DNA from: Myxococcota bacterium
Lineage (GTDB): Bacteria; Myxococcota_A; SURF-8
Direction of reading: 5' to 3'
Assembly: GCA_965140415.1 (NCBI GenBank)
Contig: OZ223209.1
Location: forward strand, 2,592,001 to 2,656,000
Length of the DNA stretch: 64,000 bases
Shown here piece after piece: positions 45,851-55,336 of the stretch. The notes beneath the pieces are model-generated. The model had not been told where the DNA came from and searched no databases. It worked only from the letters and a program-made list of their open reading frames with translations. Each line of letters begins with the position of its first letter. Within the stretch, counting starts at the first letter, position 1. A program made the position numbers and the translations under genes.

Positions 45851-46420
45851 TTACATCCCTTTCAGGATGTACCACTTGTTATCGCTTCCCAATTCTAAAA
45901 TCATCTCGTTATCATCGCTTTTGGAATGCCAGACTTCTTCGTCGAAATTGTCGCTTTCGCCAGTCTGTTCCATTTGATCGTCGGCCCCTTCCGGCAAGTC
46001 GTATTTCGTCGGAGGCAGCTTGAAATCACTGGTGTAATGGTAATGCACCGTAACGGAATTACGCTGCTCGTTGAATTCCAGGCTGCGATAGATGATTTTC
46101 ATCCGTAGCGCCGTTACCGTGCGAAATTCAGACGAGCGGAGAAAGCGAACCAGTCCCGCGTAATCGTAATTGTTCGCGCTGTTGGCGTCGCCATTCTTCT
46201 CGAAATAGCTTTTTGAAGCCAGGGCGATCAGCATATCGGCATCGCGGTTTTCCATGGCCTTGCGATATGTTTCCACGGTGCGAATGACCTCACGCGCGTC
46301 GTCGGTGTCTTCGATTTTCGTTCCTTCAATGTAACGATCCGTGCAGGCCAACAGGCCGAACAGGGAAAGAAGCAGCAGGCACGTCGAAATGGCATGCAAG
46401 GGGCGTTGTTGCGAATACAT
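45851..46420 (-). CDS. NTF2-like lipoprotein downstream of the T2SS operon
   Basis: Lipobox LLAC; YRKAMENRDADMLIALASKSY. Confidence 0.65.
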   Translation of the reverse strand: MYSQQRPLHAISTCLLLLSLFGLLACTDRYIEGTKIEDTDDAREVIRTVETYRKAMENRDADMLIALASKSYFEKNGDANSANNYDYAGLVRFLRSSEFRTVTALRMKIIYRSLEFNEQRNSVTVHYHYTSDFKLPPTKYDLPEGADDQMEQTGESDNFDEEVWHSKSDDNEMILELGSDNKWYILKGM

Positions 46421-46440
46421 AATTCTTCCTCCACCAGATA

Positions 46441-47853
46441 TCAGTTTTCCGTTGTATTTTCTTCGCCGGATTCTTCAGACGGTTCTTTTTGCTCGTCGTC
46501 TTCTTCGGCAGCAGTGTCTTCTTCGACCTCTTCCTCGTCCTCTTCTACTTCTTCGTCCTCTTCTTCTTCCTCATCTTCGGTTTCGTCCTCTTCTACTTCT
46601 TCATCGTCTTCTTCCAGCTCTTCCGCTTCTTGAGTGTCTTGCAAGTTGTTTTTACGATCTGCGGATCTCGTGGTGCGCGGGTAGTTACTGCGGCGGCTAC
46701 TGGCAGAAGAGGGCTTCGCTTTAGAGGAACGAGTCGTTTTGCCTGGGCTCTTGGGGGAAACCGCTTTATTAGAGGAAGTCCCCTTCCGTGCGCGGGAAGA
46801 GGCTGATTTGGCCGCTTTGCTACGGCTGGAGCGTTTGGATGTCTTCTTGGCCTTAGGTTTGGATCTACGCTTACTACGAGTTTTCGATTTTACACCCTTC
46901 GCCTTATTGTCTCTATTCTCGAATTTAACTTGAGACGCTTTGCCGTTGACCGGGCGCGGATGACCCAGGGTGCCGCGGATCGTCTGGTAGTAGTACTCAT
47001 CCGAGCCTTTGCTTTTATCCAGTTGGCTCAACGCCGTTTTGGCCAACGGGTCTTGTTCGAGCGTGTTTTTAAGACCATCCTGAATTTTGAAGCGATAATC
47101 GAGATTCAAACGTGAATTCCCGATATTTTTGTTAAGTGAAATGTTTCCCATCATGTCCGACAGGATGTCGCCCTCACGCTGCTCGAAGGTTGTAACTTCG
47201 AGTTTGCCTTTTTCGATGGTGAAGCGGGAGGTCAGCTTGCCCAATCGGATGCCGGGAACATCGATTCCATAGCGTCCGGGTCCAACGACCGCGTTATCTA
47301 TATCCAAAGTCAGATAGCCGGATGAATCCGCGATTTTATTGAAATGCAGATCCATTTCCGAGCGCAGATTGGCTTTGCCTTTGAAAGGCAGTTCTTTGTA
47401 CTGTTGTTTCAAGAAACCGATCTTGTCAAACGCCAACTCATCTGCGGTGAGGTCAATGACATAACGATTGGCAGCTTGATCGATCTGAAAATCGCCCGAG
47501 ATCTCACCTCCAAAAACTTCTGCATCCAGTGCTACGTTCAAGTTTCCGGTTACTAATGCAAACAATCCTACATTGATTTCCAGTGAAGCGAGGTTCAATG
47601 GAAGAAAGCCAGATGACGTTTCTTCCGTTTTTGGGAAAAAGGTGATGTTGGAGGCCTTGACTCCCAGCGGCAAGCTGGAACTGAGCAAGTCCATCTCCAC
47701 ACGAATGTCGTAGTTGTCTTCCAGCTGCTTGCTGATTTTTCCTTTCAATTGGTTGAAAGGAAAGGTCCAAACCAGCGAAAGCATCAGACACACCATGGCA
47801 AAGGCGGGATAGCCGATCCATTTGATGATTTTGGTTTTCTTTTCGCTTAACAT
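46441..47853 (-). CDS. gspN: T2SS protein N with long charged disordered tail
   Basis: N-terminal TM then TFP motif; last gsp gene of the operon. Confidence 0.8.
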   Translation of the reverse strand: MLSEKKTKIIKWIGYPAFAMVCLMLSLVWTFPFNQLKGKISKQLEDNYDIRVEMDLLSSSLPLGVKASNITFFPKTEETSSGFLPLNLASLEINVGLFALVTGNLNVALDAEVFGGEISGDFQIDQAANRYVIDLTADELAFDKIGFLKQQYKELPFKGKANLRSEMDLHFNKIADSSGYLTLDIDNAVVGPGRYGIDVPGIRLGKLTSRFTIEKGKLEVTTFEQREGDILSDMMGNISLNKNIGNSRLNLDYRFKIQDGLKNTLEQDPLAKTALSQLDKSKGSDEYYYQTIRGTLGHPRPVNGKASQVKFENRDNKAKGVKSKTRSKRRSKPKAKKTSKRSSRSKAAKSASSRARKGTSSNKAVSPKSPGKTTRSSKAKPSSASSRRSNYPRTTRSADRKNNLQDTQEAEELEEDDEEVEEDETEDEEEEEDEEVEEDEEEVEEDTAAEEDDEQKEPSEESGEENTTEN

Positions 47854-47874
47854 AAGCCCTCCTATCCTCGACCG

Positions 47875-48441
47875 CTAGTCTTCGTCCAACGGCACGAGTG
47901 TGCTTACTAGGAAGGAAACATCGATCTGAGCCTTGTTATCATAACGCCGGCGCATATTGACACTGCGGATGAAAAACAATTTGTTTCGTTCTTCGATCGT
48001 TTCCAGAAATCTTAAAAGCGGTTCCAACTCGACACGTTGCAATTCCACTTTGACCGACTCTTCGCGGATTTTAGCTTTTTTGTCGACGGCGCCTTTCGTA
48101 CTGGTTACCTGGTAGATCTCAACGCCATTGTCGGCGGCAATCGTTCCGATATTCTGTGTGAGGTTGCCACGGTTTCCGTCGATTTCACTTTTGGTCTTCT
48201 TAAGCGTTTCCTTGGCCTGTTGATACCTGGTCTCCAAAGAGGCGATTCTTACATAGGAATCGCGCTTCGTTTCCAGGCGATCTTCCAACTTGGTCAGAGA
48301 CATATTTACACCGAAACCGACCATCATGGCCGCAAAGGAAAGTACGGCCCCGACCATGACCATGACCAGCACTTTCTCACGCGGCGACAGCCGTTCGAAC
48401 ACCATTTGGAGTTCGTAGAATTTCTGTTTTATCTGATCCAC
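47875..48441 (-). CDS. gspM: T2SS protein M
   Basis: LSPREK + TM + coiled coil; GTG start with GGAGG RBS. Confidence 0.8.
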   Translation of the reverse strand: MDQIKQKFYELQMVFERLSPREKVLVMVMVGAVLSFAAMMVGFGVNMSLTKLEDRLETKRDSYVRIASLETRYQQAKETLKKTKSEIDGNRGNLTQNIGTIAADNGVEIYQVTSTKGAVDKKAKIREESVKVELQRVELEPLLRFLETIEERNKLFFIRSVNMRRRYDNKAQIDVSFLVSTLVPLDED

Positions 48442-48457
48442 ACCAACCTCCAAATAA

Positions 48458-50197
48458 CTATGGCTTGCGCGTGGCACAGTCCACGTTGATACTTAGGCTG
48501 AATTGAATGCCGTCGCCTTTGACCGTACTGCGTGTCGGTCCCTGGCTGACATTGCTGAAGCAATCATATTTCTTCAAATTCTCCACGATCATGCCTACCG
48601 TTGGAATGGCATCCACCGTGCCTTTGAGTTTGATTTTCTTGCCACTGATTTCCAGATCTTCAACATCCACCGTGACGCCTTCGCCGGTCATGCGCGAGAT
48701 CAACTCATCGTAAATTGCAAGAACGCTGATTTCCGGACGCAACTTGGAGCCGCCCGATCCCTGCTGGCTGATGACTTCCATCATTTGCGACATGCAGATC
48801 TTGGCGTCGCTCACATTTTGACCGATGATTTTGTTGCAGGTCGAGGCGATAGCCTCGCTCATGCGTTCATCTTCGGTGCCGAGAACGTGGAATTGCGACC
48901 AGATGCTGAAAAAGAAGAAAACAAAGATGATCGCAACATTTAGTCCCAGATGCGTCAAACGGCCTTTCCAGTATTCGAAATCGCCTTTAAATGCGAAATC
49001 ACCCTTGCGGAAGTTCAGTCGTTTTAGGCGCATGCCGGAAATGCCAGTAAAGGCCATGCCCATACCGGAGGCCATCTCGGCTTCGACGTCTTCGGAGTCG
49101 CTGAGGCGATTGAAGTCGTCGCGCAGGTAGTGGAAGGGATGCGTTGGCGTATCGAGACGCTCCTGCAAGAATGAGGACAGGTTGTGAAGTTTACTGCCTC
49201 CACCGCAAATGTATACTTCCTCTACAGCCATTTTGTTGCGGGCGATATTTGCCTGGAATGTAAGTTTGATCTGTAATAAAAGTGGAGCCAGACTTTTTTC
49301 CAGCATTTCAGCCAGTTCCTGCTGGCCTTCGCTGAGCGCGCCGAGTTCGCTGGAACGTACGATGCCTTCAATGTGTTTGGTTCGTTCCGCGCGCGAAAAC
49401 TCAAGATCCTTTTTATCTGCGATGGTCTGAGTCAGATCCTGTCCGCCGATTGGAATCGAGCGGATCATCGTGACTACGCCATCTTGCAGGATCGTGATTG
49501 TGGTTTTACGATGTCCGATGTCGATGATGGCGCGTGCACCGATGCGTTGTTCCTCGCTGGCCAGAGTTTGAAACAGATTTGCAAGCGCCAGACCGTCGGT
49601 GATAACGCCTTTGGGCTCTTTGCCGCTGTCGGTGAAATCGCTTAAGTAGTCCCGCATATGGTGGCGATCCAGCACGCCGACCAGTAGCTTGGTCTTTTCA
49701 GGCAAAATCTCCAGAACCTGGTAATCCACCACTTTGTCATCCAGCGAGAAGGGCAGGTCGTCTTCGATGGTGAATGTCAGGGTGCGGTCGATGGCGCGAA
49801 CATCCGTGAGTTTCGTTTCCATAATTTTAGTGGAAATGGTGTCGCCGTCCAGCGAGGTAAACACCGCATCCCAATCGGAGCCGTAGCGGGAAATGAACTG
49901 TTGAATGGCATAGCGTCGACGTTCCCGCTTCGGATCGAAGATGTTTCGATTTTCCTGCTCCTGGCTTTCTTCTTCGGCTGATGCCTCTTCTTCATCTGAA
50001 GATGCTTCTTGTTCGTCAGTTTCCGGCTCTACCGGTGCTTCGACCGTGCTCTCGATCATTGCCTCGGTTTCCACGTACTCCGAGCCGATGCTCATTTCGT
50101 GAAAACCGATCAGTTCCCAGCCGCGATAGGTGCTTTCAAGCACGACTGCCTTGATCGAGTAATTGCCGACATCCAGTCCGACGATTTTTTGTGCCAT
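48458..50197 (-). CDS. gspL: T2SS protein L (PilM/PilN-like fusion)
   Basis: VGLDVG, IIDIGH, ICGGGS actin-like motifs; LNFRKG + TM. Confidence 0.88.
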   Translation of the reverse strand: MAQKIVGLDVGNYSIKAVVLESTYRGWELIGFHEMSIGSEYVETEAMIESTVEAPVEPETDEQEASSDEEEASAEEESQEQENRNIFDPKRERRRYAIQQFISRYGSDWDAVFTSLDGDTISTKIMETKLTDVRAIDRTLTFTIEDDLPFSLDDKVVDYQVLEILPEKTKLLVGVLDRHHMRDYLSDFTDSGKEPKGVITDGLALANLFQTLASEEQRIGARAIIDIGHRKTTITILQDGVVTMIRSIPIGGQDLTQTIADKKDLEFSRAERTKHIEGIVRSSELGALSEGQQELAEMLEKSLAPLLLQIKLTFQANIARNKMAVEEVYICGGGSKLHNLSSFLQERLDTPTHPFHYLRDDFNRLSDSEDVEAEMASGMGMAFTGISGMRLKRLNFRKGDFAFKGDFEYWKGRLTHLGLNVAIIFVFFFFSIWSQFHVLGTEDERMSEAIASTCNKIIGQNVSDAKICMSQMMEVISQQGSGGSKLRPEISVLAIYDELISRMTGEGVTVDVEDLEISGKKIKLKGTVDAIPTVGMIVENLKKYDCFSNVSQGPTRSTVKGDGIQFSLSINVDCATRKP

Positions 50198-50208
50198 CGT
50201 CCGTAATC

Positions 50209-51450
50209 CTATTCTTCGCGATAGTAAAGCAGTTGGCTGTCTTTGGTCATGACAACCTTGATCGTGCGCAGCACTTCGTTGATGTCGCCCTGCGCCTTGA
50301 TCGTGAAGACGCCGCTCTCTACGGTGATCAACCTTTTCAACGCGCTTGCTCCGCTCGAACCGCCTTTTAATTCCAACACCAGTTCCGGACCCTTGGTCAG
50401 GAAATTAATAAAAGCCTTTTCATTCCAGAAGCCGCCGTTTTGCAATCTGAAATCCATGATTTCATCGATGATGCGCTGCATTTCGCTTTCGCCGGGAAGC
50501 GGCTCTTCCAGGTATTGCTCCAATAATGCTCGCATAACTTCGATGCCGCAGGTGTTCACGTTGATCTTACTGGTGCGATAGATCGTGAACGTGTCGGAGA
50601 ACAGCCGCCAGAAACGATCGTCGATTCCACTGACCATCTGCAATTCATCCAACGAGTCGAACAGATGGTTCCGGCTCGGGTAGGGCTCATCGAGGTAATC
50701 GTAGCGGCTGGATTCGTCTCCGGATTCGAAACCGCTGCGTTGCGTGTCCGAGTCGATCCAGTCGATGATCGCCGAGATGATTTCCTGGCGGTCGTGATAT
50801 TGACCGTGCTGGTCTGGATTTTCAAAAAGCGGATTGTATTTTACCGGCGAGAAAAGTCGCTCCAGTTCCGCCTTCATCAAGTTGACTTCCTGGTAATTTC
50901 CTGGGCGGATGGCGATATTGATTTTACTGTCTTCGTCGATGATTTCCGCATGGAAATGGCCATCGAATTCGCCAAAACCTTCTGCCTGACCGAAGGACAG
51001 CGCCTCGTCAATTGTCTGTGCCTGTTTACTGGCCTGGCTCTCTTCGTCGTCCAGTCCGGCTCCCAATACGGTATCCTTGAAAACGCTTTCCTGATCCTGC
51101 ATGGAAAACATGCCGCCGGCCACCGCACGAGCCAGGTCCGAATCGATCGGGATCATCTGCCACAATTGGATATTGGGCGGATTCTTTTTCCAGAACCGGC
51201 GAATCATGGTATCCACCGTGTTCTGCAAGTAGAAAATCAAGCGGGTGAAGTCGATAGCGGACCGGGCGAGGTAATAGGCGCGTGTGCGATCCCTGAAATT
51301 GGCCGTGGTTTGCAGATACACGCGCGATTCATACTGAAACTCCACGGAAATCACGGTGAGAATGACGATGACCGTCATCACCATGATCAGCGCCACGCCT
51401 TTGCGTCCCTGTAGCGCTTCCCGTCTGGAGTTTCTGTATTCCTCTGCCAT
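50209..51450 (-). CDS. gspK: T2SS minor pseudopilin K
   Basis: KGVALIMV, DEDSKINI, IIDWID, KINVNT. Confidence 0.92.
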   Translation of the reverse strand: MAEEYRNSRREALQGRKGVALIMVMTVIVILTVISVEFQYESRVYLQTTANFRDRTRAYYLARSAIDFTRLIFYLQNTVDTMIRRFWKKNPPNIQLWQMIPIDSDLARAVAGGMFSMQDQESVFKDTVLGAGLDDEESQASKQAQTIDEALSFGQAEGFGEFDGHFHAEIIDEDSKINIAIRPGNYQEVNLMKAELERLFSPVKYNPLFENPDQHGQYHDRQEIISAIIDWIDSDTQRSGFESGDESSRYDYLDEPYPSRNHLFDSLDELQMVSGIDDRFWRLFSDTFTIYRTSKINVNTCGIEVMRALLEQYLEEPLPGESEMQRIIDEIMDFRLQNGGFWNEKAFINFLTKGPELVLELKGGSSGASALKRLITVESGVFTIKAQGDINEVLRTIKVVMTKDSQLLYYREE

Positions 51451-51462
51451 ACCCGTTCTCTT

Positions 51463-52158
51463 CTACAGCGAATTGAAATCCAAGGGCGTCGTCAACATGA
51501 TCTGCACCTTGGTGAAAAAGGTGATTTCCTTGTCGTTCTCGTCTAAAATCGTCAGTTCAATGGAAATCATCTGCGGCATACGCTCGAATTTCTCAACCTG
51601 GGACGTATCCCATTCTTCTACCCATTCTTTTTCCAACTCATCCCAAACTTTGATCTGAAAATCGATCACGTCTTCCGCCAATACCCGCTTAACGCCACCC
51701 CAGCTGGGCTCGTTGTCGATGCGGTTCTGTTCGCGACGCATGAGGTTGTATTGGTCCGGAATATCCGGGTCCGCTTCCAGGAAGTAACCGATTTCACATT
51801 GATCTGATTCGTCCACATCTTCGAACATTTTCATGTGTGCGAAAGAGGTGAAGTCGATGCGGTCGCCTGGGTCTTCGTTCATTACGCGGAAGATGTAGCG
51901 AGGCGATTCCTCCGTATTGGGGTCCACATGTTTAGACAGATACGCGCTGGGAATCTCGGTCGTCATGCGGTCCATGGCGATACGCACCTTATGGTAGCGC
52001 TCGTGAATGTTCCGCAAATACCCGGGGATTTCCAGGCTGCGGGCGAAAGAGCTGTATATCAGCGTGGACACCATAGCCAGGATCGTGACGGCAATCATCA
52101 CTTCCATCAGCGAAAAGCACCCCCGGCTGAAAAATGTAGGTTTCCGCTTCGCCATCAA
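51463..52158 (-). CDS. gspJ: T2SS minor pseudopilin J
   Basis: FSLMEVMIA N-methyl motif; operon position. Confidence 0.85.
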   Translation of the reverse strand: MMAKRKPTFFSRGCFSLMEVMIAVTILAMVSTLIYSSFARSLEIPGYLRNIHERYHKVRIAMDRMTTEIPSAYLSKHVDPNTEESPRYIFRVMNEDPGDRIDFTSFAHMKMFEDVDESDQCEIGYFLEADPDIPDQYNLMRREQNRIDNEPSWGGVKRVLAEDVIDFQIKVWDELEKEWVEEWDTSQVEKFERMPQMISIELTILDENDKEITFFTKVQIMLTTPLDFNSL

Positions 52159-52165
52159 TCCTCTG

Positions 52166-52813
52166 TCACTTGGTTGTGATCCCCGACGTACTTTTCGTCG
52201 AGGTCGTCAGGCTATTGGACTTGGAGGTCGCAGTCGTCAAACTGTTCGCTTTGTTTTGCAAACTGCCTACGCCACTGGTTGGAGCCTCCAACTGACCTGC
52301 TCTTCCAAGTTCGATGAAGTGGGTCGAAATCTTCACATTATCGAATTCGTCTTCGCCACCCCAGGTTACCGTCAGGTTGCATTCCCGCAGGGCATTGCCG
52401 ATCATATCCGTGAGCATCGAGGAATAACCCGACATCATCGATGCATAAGTGTTGTTACCCTCGCTGGAGCCAGGCATGTTGCTCGGGATGGGGAACTTCA
52501 CTTTGCTGATTTCCGCCACCCATTTGAAATCCGGCCAGCCTTCTTCTTCGAAATCGCCTTCCATGTTTTCCGCAAAATCGGAAAATCCCTCTTCAATCAA
52601 CTCTCGTTCGATATCCACCATTTTGCTGCGGGCCAACAATATAGCCACGGTGGCGTTCTTCACCCGGTTGGCCGCCATGATGGAGGAGCCCTGCACGTTG
52701 AAGATCGCAACTAGGCTGATCGCCAGAATGCCGATGGCGACCATGACCTCCATCAGGGTGAATCCTGCTCCCCCCGAAGGATTAATTGTCCTGCCATCAC
52801 CAGTCTTCTTCAT
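52166..52813 (-). CDS. gspI: T2SS minor pseudopilin I
   Basis: GFTLMEVMVA; operon position. Confidence 0.85.
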   Translation of the reverse strand: MKKTGDGRTINPSGGAGFTLMEVMVAIGILAISLVAIFNVQGSSIMAANRVKNATVAILLARSKMVDIERELIEEGFSDFAENMEGDFEEEGWPDFKWVAEISKVKFPIPSNMPGSSEGNNTYASMMSGYSSMLTDMIGNALRECNLTVTWGGEDEFDNVKISTHFIELGRAGQLEAPTSGVGSLQNKANSLTTATSKSNSLTTSTKSTSGITTK

Positions 52814-53573
52814 CCAACTGCTCCTCGGGAAGATCTACCTGGCTGTCGGTTATGCTTGATCGTCCCGTTAATGATTGCACCATGATCGAATAGATTTCGT
52901 AATCCATCGGAGTCAGGTCGATATCTTCAAGGTCGCTTGTTTTCACAAGCCAGATAACAGCCCGCTCGCAATTGCCGTTTGGAAAAAGATGAATATTCAC
53001 CTTGCCGGTCGTTACCGCCTCGTCTACGCTTTCCGTATGAACGCCGAAAAACTTGACCTCTTTGGGCAGGCTGGTTCGCTTGCTCAAGTCCGTTTGATAC
53101 GTGGAAAAAGCGGCTTTCTTCTTTTTGAATTTATTGGCGAAATCCGACCAGCCCTGCCACTTGTAATTTTCCGGATCGTCGAACAAAATTTCATTGTCGA
53201 ACAAAGGCTGATCTTCTTCCTCTTCGTCGTCGTCTTCTTCAATGACGATGGCTCCTTCTTCAACCGTCAGAGGTTTCTGGCTTAGGAAGAAGGGATCTTT
53301 GGTGGATTCCGCCCAATACTGACCACTGTCCAGATCGATCACCAAGCGAATGTAGATCCGCTCCAGAATGGCACGGTCATACAGAAACTTGATGTTGCCC
53401 GCCATTTTCTGTGCGGCGGTTTTCTGATAGACGTTGGCCATGCTGTTCACCAGTGGAATGGAAGCGCCCATCAGAATGGCGACGATCAGCAGGCTGATGA
53501 TCATTTCGATCAGAGTAAAACCTGCTTTGTTGCATGGTCGTCGCCTTCGATCTGGTTCAGTCGGTCGAATCAT
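52797..53573 (-). CDS. gspH: T2SS minor pseudopilin H
   Basis: GFTLIEMII; FPNG motif; operon position. Confidence 0.8.
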   Translation of the reverse strand: MIRPTEPDRRRRPCNKAGFTLIEMIISLLIVAILMGASIPLVNSMANVYQKTAAQKMAGNIKFLYDRAILERIYIRLVIDLDSGQYWAESTKDPFFLSQKPLTVEEGAIVIEEDDDEEEEDQPLFDNEILFDDPENYKWQGWSDFANKFKKKKAAFSTYQTDLSKRTSLPKEVKFFGVHTESVDEAVTTGKVNIHLFPNGNCERAVIWLVKTSDLEDIDLTPMDYEIYSIMVQSLTGRSSITDSQVDLPEEQLDEEDW

Positions 53574-53585
53574 AAACTCCTTTTG

Positions 53586-54005
53586 TTATCCTTCGGTGTC
53601 CCAGTTCTCGATGTCATCCGCGCCACCGTCTGCTCCATCGGGACCATAGGACTCGATATCGAAAGACGAGGTGTTGTGCGTACCGGGGGAGATGTAGATG
53701 TAATCCCGGTTCCACGGATCCTTGGGAATGGTGCGCATGTACGGTTTCTTGTTGTTGGGCGGACTGGTCAGAATATTCAATCCCTCACTTGTGCTCGGGT
53801 AAACGCCGAAGTCGAGCTTAAACAAATCCAACGCTTGTCCGAAATCGTGAATTTGCGTTTTGGACGCTTTCATTTTCGCTTCTTCCAACTGATCCAGAAC
53901 GGCCACGCCAACCATTCCGGCGATCAGACCTAGAATCACCATAACGACCATGATTTCCAACAGGGTCATACCGCTGTTTCCCGATAAAGACGGCCTCATC
54001 TTCAC
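53586..54005 (-). CDS. gspG: T2SS major pseudopilin G
   Basis: GMTLLEIMVV, YPSTSEGL, PKDPW, SYGPDG. Confidence 0.95.
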   Translation of the reverse strand: MKMRPSLSGNSGMTLLEIMVVMVILGLIAGMVGVAVLDQLEEAKMKASKTQIHDFGQALDLFKLDFGVYPSTSEGLNILTSPPNNKKPYMRTIPKDPWNRDYIYISPGTHNTSSFDIESYGPDGADGGADDIENWDTEG

Positions 54006-54068
54006 ATCCTCCTTTTAAAAGTCCGAATCGGATAGCCTATGCCATCCGTTGTATGTCCGTTTCCACCA

Positions 54069-55319
54069 CTAACCGAGTTGCTGGTTGATTTGCAGGATCG
54101 GCAGCAGAATGGACAGAACGATAAACGTCACAACTACACCCATAACAATAATCATAAAGGGTTCCAACAGGGAGGTCAGCGCTCCCAGTTTGCTTTCTAC
54201 CTGCACGTCATAGTTTTTCGATACGTGCCCAAGCATTTCCTCCAATTGTCCCGAACGTTCACCGACTGCAATCATGTGGGTTACGATCGGCGGGAATTCT
54301 CCACTTCGTTTCAAAGGTCCGGCGATGCTTTCGCCTTCGCGGATTTCTTCACGCGCTTTTTCCAGCACGTTTACCAGAATGACGTTGTCTAAAATGTTTT
54401 TCACAATTTCCATCGCATTTAAAAGCGGCACGCCGGAAGAGAGCAGGGTGGCCAGCGTACGCGAAAAGCGCGACACGGCGATCATGCGCACCAGGTCTCC
54501 GACAATCGGTGCGGTCAAGGTCAAACGATCCCAGCGCTTGCGCCCTTTCTTCGAGTTTTTCCAGCGACGGAAAAGATAAAAAACCAGAACAAAGAAAAGG
54601 ATAATCGCCCACCAGTAACTGCTGACCAGTTCGCTTGCGCCGATCAGGATGCGGGTCGCAATAGGCAGGGTGATCTTGGCCTCTTCGAAAATCTTCGTGA
54701 TTTTCGGAATGACCAGCACGAACAGAATGCCGACCACGACCACCGCAAAAATCAGCATGATGATCGGATAGGTCATCGCGCCCTGGATTTTGGATCGCAG
54801 CGCCATCTGGTTTTCGGTATAGTCCGCCAGACGATCCATAACGATGTCCAGTGAGCCGGAGCTTTCTCCGGCGGCTACCATATTCGTATACAATGGTGGG
54901 AACAGCTTTGGATAATCCGCCATGGCGGTAGACATCGAGGAACCTTCGTTGACGCGCTCTCGGATATGTGACAGCGTTTTCTTGAACTGCTCGTTCTCGA
55001 CCTGATCGATAATGGCGGTAAGCGATTCGATTACCGTAATGTTGGCGCCGATCATGTTTGCCAGCAAACGGGTGGTAATGGCGATATCGGCCTGTGAGAT
55101 CCGTTGGAAATACTGCTTGAAATCGATCTGCTTGGAAAGCAGCTTGCTCGACTCGCCGCTTTTGCGCCCTTTTTTGTCTGCGGCTCCCTCTACGAGGTCG
55201 CTCAGGAAAACACCGGTCTTTTTAAGCTTTTCCTTCGCAGCACGGGAAGACTCGGCATCGATGATACCTTTTCTGTTCTTCCCTTTGGCGTCAACGCCTT
55301 TCCATTCATAAACAGGCAT
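54069..55319 (-). CDS. gspF: T2SS inner-membrane platform protein F
   Basis: AGESSGSL, AMTYP, VGERSGQL, LLEP. Confidence 0.95.
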   Translation of the reverse strand: MPVYEWKGVDAKGKNRKGIIDAESSRAAKEKLKKTGVFLSDLVEGAADKKGRKSGESSKLLSKQIDFKQYFQRISQADIAITTRLLANMIGANITVIESLTAIIDQVENEQFKKTLSHIRERVNEGSSMSTAMADYPKLFPPLYTNMVAAGESSGSLDIVMDRLADYTENQMALRSKIQGAMTYPIIMLIFAVVVVGILFVLVIPKITKIFEEAKITLPIATRILIGASELVSSYWWAIILFFVLVFYLFRRWKNSKKGRKRWDRLTLTAPIVGDLVRMIAVSRFSRTLATLLSSGVPLLNAMEIVKNILDNVILVNVLEKAREEIREGESIAGPLKRSGEFPPIVTHMIAVGERSGQLEEMLGHVSKNYDVQVESKLGALTSLLEPFMIIVMGVVVTFIVLSILLPILQINQQLG

Positions 55320-55336
55320 GGGTTCCTACTTAGCAG

